Under the pieces are notes generated by a model. It had not been told where the DNA came from. It worked only from the letters and a program-made list of their open reading frames with translations, and did not search any database. Of a stretch of DNA of 64,000 nucleotides, positions 54,006 through 61,243 are shown piece by piece. The position numbers and the translations under genes were made by a program. Numbering within the stretch: the stretch's first letter is position 1; each line of letters opens with the position of its first letter. The stretch spans positions 62,001 to 126,000 of the forward strand of contig MEDY01000001.1 of NCBI GenBank assembly GCA_001724265.1, read 5' to 3'. This DNA is from Rhizaria sp. SCN 62-66. Its lineage: Eukaryota.

Positions 54006-54620
54006 TCATTTGGCGTTCTTCTTGATGGCTGCGTGGTTGATGCCGCCCATAAAGTCCCTTGCATCGGGCACGTCCCCAGTCAACGCCGCGTTGCTGAAGT
54101 CAAACCCGGGGTTCTCGCGCTGAAACCGCTCCAGCAGCAGCGCGCGCCGCGCCTGCTCGGTCTGCGCAAAGTCAAGCCGCGCGTGGGCCTCGAGCGCGGC
54201 GGGCCATACCGCGCCCGGCTGCGCCTTTTGCACGTTGATCACGATGTCGCCGTCCTCGATGGTCATCAGAGACTCGTCGGCGTCGGCCACACCACCCAGA
54301 GGCTCGTCAATGTACGCCTTGTCACTGCCGCGGATAGCAAGGTAGAGCCGCCCCGAGGTGACGCGGCAGTCGATGGCCTTGGCGGGCACGCTGGGTGGTC
54401 GAGGGACGTAGATGAGCACTTCGTCGAGCGTTTGCTCCCAGCGGTAGATTTCACGCCCGTTCACGCTCACGGGGATCGGGCCCTTTGCCGCGGGCTTCGG
54501 TGACGCGCTCGCGGGATCGGTGGCACTCGTTGCGGCGGCAGCGCGGTTGAGAGCGGCTTTGTCGCGCGCAGCGACGGCCTGCGCGGCGAGGGGGCGGAAG
54601 GATGGGTCCTTCTCGGCCAT
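54006..54620 (-). CDS. NUDCD2: NudC-domain (CS/p23) co-chaperone, NUDCD2-like; the true start may be ATG 54686, beyond an in-frame TAG
   Basis: YRWEQTLDEVLIYV..AKAIDCRV..ADESLMTIEDG..QKAQPGAVW and the C-terminal signature LLLERFQRENPGFDFSNA..PDARDFMGGI. Stop TGA. Confidence 0.88.
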   Translation of the reverse strand: MAEKDPSFRPLAAQAVAARDKAALNRAAAATSATDPASASPKPAAKGPIPVSVNGREIYRWEQTLDEVLIYVPRPPSVPAKAIDCRVTSGRLYLAIRGSDKAYIDEPLGGVADADESLMTIEDGDIVINVQKAQPGAVWPAALEAHARLDFAQTEQARRALLLERFQRENPGFDFSNAALTGDVPDARDFMGGINHAAIKKNAK

Positions 54621-55451
54621 CGCCACGAGCTAGTCTACGGTCATCTCAACCGCGTCGTCAGGAATCCCGGCGGGGCGGGAGCTCATATAATACTATATCA
54701 GAATCGCATAGTATGATCATGTGACATTAACAGATCGTTGAGGTGAGTATGCATATGCAGCTTGTCAGAGTGAGATTCAACAGTGCAGGTAGCTCATGCA
54801 AGACGCGCATCACGGGTGATATAATTTACATGGCATATAAGTAACGCACGCGTAATGACAATGTTCAAAGTTGACGTATTTTGACGATCAAATCACAGAC
54901 GTATAGCTTTTTTTGTTAATGCTTTCTCGAACTAAACTTCGAGCTCGGTTCGCAAAAAATCTGCCGGGCTGCGGTCGGCGGACACCACAGTGAAGAGTGC
55001 TCCTTTGGCAGGCGATGTATCCCGTCGAATGCTGCGTCTCGCGTCTGTCCGCTGAAGATAAACAAACTATTATATGACCAAATCAGAACCGCATATACAA
55101 GGTTATACTTCCGCGATGCACTTGACGCTGTGGGGGCCTCGTATGCGCTGCTCATTTTTGAACTTTGACGACTACCCTGTGAGAGGTCACCCTCCTACTC
55201 TTCCCAATGCGTAGCACCTGCTAAACAACAAGTATACGCATATGCATAGCACCCCGCTAACAAGTAGTGCATACCACACTGATATTCATGCGCCAAGTAC
55301 CATATGTCTTACTGTCGCTCTTGTTAAATCCCCTTCTTTCTGCTTGGCTTCTAGTTACCAAACCCGGCTCTGGCGCCTCTTCTTTCTTTCTTTCCTTGAC
55401 ACAGCCACAGCAGCCGCGTTCGTGCGCTCGCCCTCTTGTCAGTGAGGCACC

Positions 55452-58400
55452 ATGGCGCAACGGGTTCCTTACAAGGTGTTTGTGCACCTTTCGGAAGCCC
55501 GTAGCTTCCTGGGTCTGTCCGACAACCACATGTCTGATGCCTACGCCGTGATCCGCATCGGCCCTTCGAACAAGCTGCAGCGCAAGACCGAAGTCAAGCT
55601 CGAGACGGTCAATGCCGTCTGGGAGGCCAAGTTCCTCTTTGAAGACGTCATGCTGACCGACGAAGAGTTTAAACGCGAGAAGCTCTCCATCTCGGTGTAC
55701 GACCGCAACGTGTTCGCGCGCAACGAGCTCATCGGCTCCCACGAATTTTCTCTGACCAACATCCTGCGCCAAAAGAGCGGGCAGTACGACCGCAAGTGGT
55801 TCGCGCTCACGCTGCCCGAGAACCCCGGCCACAACCGCGGCTTCATGAAGCTGACGGCGTTCGTGCTGCGACCCGGAGCTGAGACCCCGCACCCCGACGA
55901 GGCCAACAACGACACTGTGGACGAGGAGAAGACGATCCTGTCTGACCCGCTGCTCGAGCAGCGCACGCCCTACGTGCTCAACATGCTTATCTACCGCGGC
56001 CATCATATCCTAGAAAACACACAGCTCCCGCTTGGCGGCTCGCGAAACCCATTCGTGGTGGTGCGATTCAACGGAAACGTCGCGCAAACGCCCTACGCGT
56101 TTAACACATCGTCGCCCGTGTGGAACATGAAGCTGGTACTGCCGTTCAACATGCCTCTGACCTCGGAGTCTATCGAGGTGCAGCTCTGGAACTCGGTCAA
56201 CAACCGCCCCGCGCAGCTAATTGGCGAGGAGACGTTCAACTACTACAACCAGGGCCTCACACACAAGGCTTGGGGCCCGCGGTGGGTGAATCTCTACTCG
56301 TCCGAGTACGCATCGAAGCAGGTCTCCGTGCTCGGCAATATTAAGGACTCGCTGGACGTCTCTGGACGCAACAACCCTCTTCTGTCCGAGTACGTCGGCC
56401 GCCTGCTCGTCCGCATGTCCGTCACGCCCACTGACCGCGCGAACCAGCGCCTGTTGGTGCTATCGTGCAACCCGGTGTCAATGCCGCCCACGGTTGAGTA
56501 CTGCCTTGACTTGCTGCTGTACTCTTCGCTCGAAATCCCCGTGATGGGCGGGCAGATCCGCGTCGAGGTGGTGTTTGGCGACAAGCGCGCCGAGTCGACC
56601 CGTAAACTCGGCAAAGACGGCGTCTTCACATGGATGGAGACTATGGCGCCCGTGGTCGGCAAGCACGACAAGACGCCCGACGCCGACGATCCGATGCGGC
56701 TGTCGCTGCGCATCCACGGCCCCGCGGACGTGGAGCAATTGCATGACGCAGTCATCTCGGTCTTCCACTGCGTCGGCAACTCGACGCGCAAGATCGGCTT
56801 CCTGCGCCTCAAGCCCGTGCAGATGCTGCCCGGCGGCCGCCTCGACACGTACTTCGTCAACGGCCAGTACGCCGTGCCCAAGAAAGGCATGTTATCGCAG
56901 CGCGCACTGCAGGACATGTGGGCTCCCCGCTGGTACACGCTCAACCACGTGCGGCCCGACCCTGATAACCCGCAGCTCGTGCCCGGTTTCTTGCTCATGT
57001 CCATCGGCTTCGGCATGTCTGCCGTGCGGCCGTCGACGGTCCCGCGGCCGATCAAGCGGCCCAGCGTCAAGTGCACGCTGCGCTGCTACATCTACCACGG
57101 CGCCAACTTGCTCACGGCGGACTCGAACACGGTGGCGTCAAACCCGTTCCTCGTGGTGCGCTTTGCCGACGCCAGTTACCGCACGCGCACTATCAACGAC
57201 ACGACGTTTCCGTTCTGGTGCGAGTGGGCCGACCTGGGCCCCGTCGCTGTGGACTCTGACAATCCGCCCTCGGTTTTCCTGCAGCTGTACCACCAGACGC
57301 AGCTGCAGTACAAGCTCGTGGGCCGCACCGACATTCTCGGCAAGCACGCGCTGGGCAACTCCGCGGGCCACGTGTACCGCTACATGCTTTACTACGACCC
57401 GCACGAGGCGCAGGACGACGAGGCGCACGGCTCCTCCGCTGACGCCTCCTCCGGCAGCGGTGGCGGTGCGTCGTCGTCCACCGCGCTCACCGCGGGTGGC
57501 AACGGCCGCCGCGGGGCGACGGACCCCGAGCAGCAGCCCTACATCCTCGCGTGCTTCCAGCTGCTGCCGTACATCGCGGACCGGCCGCGGCGTCTGGCCA
57601 AGTACCCGATCAAGTCCGACTGGCTGCCGCAGGTGGGCGAGACCGTGGACGGTGTGGAGGTGACCGGCGGCCAGAGCGACGCCACACTGGGCAAGGACGG
57701 CCGCGCACGCCGCCGCGGCGGCAAGGGCGGCAACGGCTCCGCGGCCGGCGGCGAGGAGGACGAGGGCGAGGAGGACGACCAGGACGCGCCGATGAGGCTG
57801 CGGGGGCCCTTTGGTCAGCGCGACAGCGACAGCGACGAAGACGGGGGCCAGTCGGATTCTGACTCGGACTCGGACAACGGCGCCGGCGGCGAGACAGGTG
57901 ACACGGCCGCTAAGCCCAAGACGCGCGCCGCTGGCCGCCATAGGCGCGGGCGCGGCGCAGCGTACGACGAAGAGGAGAAGCAGCTACTCGAGGCGCGGCG
58001 CGGCAACCGACACAAGTTCACCGGCGAGAACCCAGACCACGTGTGGTGGCGGCCGCAGCTGAGTGAGTTCGCGTGCAAGCTCGAGATGGTGGGTGTGCGG
58101 CGCATGAAGCACTGGCGGCTCGACGACTCGTCGCGGCTGCGTGTCGTCGTCACGATCCCGCAGGTCGCGGGGCTGGCCAAGGCGTGGAAACACTCGGTGC
58201 CGGATGCGCAGAAGTGGGTGACGTACGAGCGCGCGGCGTCGAGTGTCATGGACGGCATGGCGCTGCAGATCATGGAGTCGCGCGAGCTCAACTCGGTCAA
58301 GCTCCCCGTCGTCAACCCCAATGGCGTCGCGCTGCGTGTCGCAGTGTACGACGACCGTGTTGGTGGCGAAGAGCTCATCGGCGTCGCGCACGTGCACATG

Positions 58401-60701
58401 TTCCAGAACAACCTCGTGTCGATGCCCGAGGCCAAGGTGCCGCCGTTTTACCAGTACAAGGGCTACTACGACCGGCGTATTCTCATGGACCAGGACAACG
58501 ACCTCAACCGCGCCGGCGACGGCAACGGCGATGACGACGAGGAGAACGTGGCCGCCGACACCGACATCAACGGCGGTGCGCGCAGGGGCTCACGCTCGGC
58601 GGCCACGTCGACCCTCGCGGCGACAGGCTCCACTGCGGGGGCCACAGGGGCCACGGCCAGCGCGGCGGGCAGCACCGCTGGCGCGACGGGCGGCGGCGGT
58701 GACGACGACGACGACGACGACTACAGCGACGACAGCGAAGACGACTCGGCCACGCTGACCGCGCTGTCGTACGACGACTCGATGGCCGACGGGCCGGTGC
58801 TGCCCGACGACGACGACGAGGTCGCGCGCGGGCTGGCTGAGATGGGGATCACGGTCAAGCCGCGCCCGCAGCGCCGCAAGGGCAAGGGCCGCGGTGCGCG
58901 CAAGGACGCGCTCGCTTCGGCCGCGGCGCACGACCGCGCTGTGGCGCAGGGTCTCGCGGCTGAGGAGGGCGGCGACAGCGACCAAGAAGCGCGGCGCCGA
59001 CGCAACACCAAGTACCGCGGGCTGCTCGACGAGTTCGGCAACCCGATTCTGGAGCTGGACAACAGCAATGACCAGATCAACACCTTCGCCGACTACGGCG
59101 CCGGTTCCGGCACGAGCGCGGCCAACAAGTTGCTGATCCAGGGTTTCATGCAGGCGCACGCGTCCAAGACGCTCACAGGCGGCAGCAACGCCACCGGGGT
59201 TGCCGGCGGCGTCGCCGTGACCTCGGCAGGCGCCACGGCCGTCGCTGCGGGCGCGCTCAACCCCGAAGAGGAGGACGACGTGGGCCACGCACCGCCGCTC
59301 AACGTGATGCTCATGGCGGGCCGCCAGGTGGGCTTCTCGCACGTGCAGTCGTCGCTGCTGCAAGTGACCGAGGCGCTCCAGTGGCGCAACGTCGGTGTCA
59401 TGAGGCTTTACTTCACGTCGCGGCCGATCCCCGACACGCGCCGGCCCCCGGCCTCGGTGGCCGCGGGGAACGAGGACGCGCTCGAGGAGTGGCGTGTGCA
59501 GTGCCAGGAGGTCCGCAAGCGCATCTTGCAGGAAGTGCGCGATGTCGATAACCTGGCGTGGCTGACGGAGCGCGTGTACAACAACAGGTTTGTGACGCGT
59601 CTGTACGTCTACGAGGGCAAATACCTGTCGCCGCGCGAGAGCTTCTTCACCGGCAACCAGTCCGCAAACCCGTTCCTGGTGGTGTCCAACGCGCCGGGGC
59701 CCGATTACACCGTTAACAACCGCGAGAGCGCGAAGGAGAACAACATCAACCCTGAGTTCTACCAAGTGTTCGAGATGCCCACGGAGCTGCCTAAGGCGCA
59801 CGTGCTCGACGTCGGGGTGTGGAACCGCGACAACATCACTGGTGACCAGATGATCGGCACCGTCGCTGTCGACGTTGAGGATCTGATCCTGTCCAAGCGC
59901 ACGCACGGCTCGTCAGCCTACTACTCGCTGCTGACGGAGCAGTCTGTGTTGTCGCACGGCAAGCTCAAGATGAAGATCGACGTGCTGACCGAAGACGAGG
60001 CGCGTCGTGTGCGCGCGGACGACCTTCTCGGGCAGGACCCGGCCGAGTTTGAGCTCCGCATGGTGATCTGGAACACGCGCGATATCCGTATGCCCGAAGA
60101 GAAGGACCGTGACAGTGAGGTCGACCAGAAGATGTATGCGACGGCCAACTTCAACGGCGAGTACGGCAACGACATCATCAAGGACACAGACACGGCCTGG
60201 TTCTCGGGCTCCGGCATGGCCGAGTGGAACTGGCGCATGAAGTGGCGCCTCCGTCTCCCGTGCCAGGTTCCGCGCATTAAGCTCTCGATGTGGTCCGACG
60301 CCGTCGTCGGCGACGCAGAGGCGATCGGTGAGTGTAATTACTCGCTGCAGCCCTTCTTCGAGCAGTCTCTTCGCGACCGCAAGCCGGTCTCGCACCGTCC
60401 GCAGCAGTGGATCCCGCTCACGCACCCCAACTACCCCGGCGTCGCGCTGGGCGAGATCTGCGTCGAGTTCTGGCTGCTCACGGCGATCGAGGCCGACAAG
60501 GCGCCAGTCGGCGAAGCGCAGAACGAGCCCAACCAGGACCCGTTCCTGCCGAACCCGCACCGCAACGCGCCCCCGTGGGCTGTCGGCTCGCGCGGACTCG
60601 CCTGGCTCGCCAAGCGCAAGGCCATTCTCATCGGGCTCTGCGTGCTCATTGTCGCTGTCGCGATTATCGTTCCCGTCGTGCTCATCCAGACCAAGAAGTA
60701 A
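55452..60701 (+). CDS. Ferlin-family multi-C2-domain tail-anchored membrane protein (1749 aa)
   Basis: Several C2 domains (SDAYAVIRIG..VYDRNVFARNELIG; RNPFVVVRFNG; LRCYIYHGANL..SNPFLVVRF; RLYVYEGKYL..ANPFL; FELRMVIWNTRDI..TDTAWFS..WNWRMKW). Ferlin C-terminal motif LLTAIEADKAPVGEAQNEPNQDPFLPNPHR and a terminal TM helix ILIGLCVLIVAVAIIVPVVLI. Stop TAA. Confidence 0.93.
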   Translation: MAQRVPYKVFVHLSEARSFLGLSDNHMSDAYAVIRIGPSNKLQRKTEVKLETVNAVWEAKFLFEDVMLTDEEFKREKLSISVYDRNVFARNELIGSHEFSLTNILRQKSGQYDRKWFALTLPENPGHNRGFMKLTAFVLRPGAETPHPDEANNDTVDEEKTILSDPLLEQRTPYVLNMLIYRGHHILENTQLPLGGSRNPFVVVRFNGNVAQTPYAFNTSSPVWNMKLVLPFNMPLTSESIEVQLWNSVNNRPAQLIGEETFNYYNQGLTHKAWGPRWVNLYSSEYASKQVSVLGNIKDSLDVSGRNNPLLSEYVGRLLVRMSVTPTDRANQRLLVLSCNPVSMPPTVEYCLDLLLYSSLEIPVMGGQIRVEVVFGDKRAESTRKLGKDGVFTWMETMAPVVGKHDKTPDADDPMRLSLRIHGPADVEQLHDAVISVFHCVGNSTRKIGFLRLKPVQMLPGGRLDTYFVNGQYAVPKKGMLSQRALQDMWAPRWYTLNHVRPDPDNPQLVPGFLLMSIGFGMSAVRPSTVPRPIKRPSVKCTLRCYIYHGANLLTADSNTVASNPFLVVRFADASYRTRTINDTTFPFWCEWADLGPVAVDSDNPPSVFLQLYHQTQLQYKLVGRTDILGKHALGNSAGHVYRYMLYYDPHEAQDDEAHGSSADASSGSGGGASSSTALTAGGNGRRGATDPEQQPYILACFQLLPYIADRPRRLAKYPIKSDWLPQVGETVDGVEVTGGQSDATLGKDGRARRRGGKGGNGSAAGGEEDEGEEDDQDAPMRLRGPFGQRDSDSDEDGGQSDSDSDSDNGAGGETGDTAAKPKTRAAGRHRRGRGAAYDEEEKQLLEARRGNRHKFTGENPDHVWWRPQLSEFACKLEMVGVRRMKHWRLDDSSRLRVVVTIPQVAGLAKAWKHSVPDAQKWVTYERAASSVMDGMALQIMESRELNSVKLPVVNPNGVALRVAVYDDRVGGEELIGVAHVHMFQNNLVSMPEAKVPPFYQYKGYYDRRILMDQDNDLNRAGDGNGDDDEENVAADTDINGGARRGSRSAATSTLAATGSTAGATGATASAAGSTAGATGGGGDDDDDDDYSDDSEDDSATLTALSYDDSMADGPVLPDDDDEVARGLAEMGITVKPRPQRRKGKGRGARKDALASAAAHDRAVAQGLAAEEGGDSDQEARRRRNTKYRGLLDEFGNPILELDNSNDQINTFADYGAGSGTSAANKLLIQGFMQAHASKTLTGGSNATGVAGGVAVTSAGATAVAAGALNPEEEDDVGHAPPLNVMLMAGRQVGFSHVQSSLLQVTEALQWRNVGVMRLYFTSRPIPDTRRPPASVAAGNEDALEEWRVQCQEVRKRILQEVRDVDNLAWLTERVYNNRFVTRLYVYEGKYLSPRESFFTGNQSANPFLVVSNAPGPDYTVNNRESAKENNINPEFYQVFEMPTELPKAHVLDVGVWNRDNITGDQMIGTVAVDVEDLILSKRTHGSSAYYSLLTEQSVLSHGKLKMKIDVLTEDEARRVRADDLLGQDPAEFELRMVIWNTRDIRMPEEKDRDSEVDQKMYATANFNGEYGNDIIKDTDTAWFSGSGMAEWNWRMKWRLRLPCQVPRIKLSMWSDAVVGDAEAIGECNYSLQPFFEQSLRDRKPVSHRPQQWIPLTHPNYPGVALGEICVEFWLLTAIEADKAPVGEAQNEPNQDPFLPNPHRNAPPWAVGSRGLAWLAKRKAILIGLCVLIVAVAIIVPVVLIQTKK

Positions 60702-61243
60702 GCTCGAAACAAGAGGCGGTGTAGGATTTTGTATAGATTGCGCTTCTTGTTTTCGTGTTTCGGTGTTTGTTTGGCAGTTTAGTATCGACATATTGTTTTC
60801 TATTTTCTTATTATAACTACGTCCAGTATTGATATGCAAATGTACGCTCTTTGCGTACGTTGTTCATACACACAAATTTTCTCTACATGACATGACGGTA
60901 CATTACCGATGATTCATCCGATAATTCATTCAATATTTTGTATTGTTAAAGTTGGCATGTGATTAATTTTGACGTATAAAACATGCCGGTTATAAAAAAT
61001 TAGTGTACAATAATAGTGAAGACACCGATTTTAGAATATAAAATACAGACGCATCACACATACTCAGACAGGGAGAGAAAGAAACAGAAGACAAGGGGCA
61101 TAAAAGATAGAGAGGACATGTTTCTTAAAATGAAAAATAGATAAATCATGACACAGAGCAACTCAACACACAGCGTTCATATATAAACTGATTAAGCATT
61201 GTCAAGACATTGTCTTTAAGATGCAGTACAAGTGTAAGTGTAC

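Noticed and set aside
54630-54638. 9-nt GTAGACTAG micro-intron removing the in-frame TAG
   Set aside because: Shorter than any known spliceosomal intron (about 15 nt minimum).
5476-60701. Functional clustering (Ca2+ pump with ferlin; several mitochondrial genes)
   Set aside because: Mixed orientations and unrelated intervening genes; no evidence of a co-regulated cluster.
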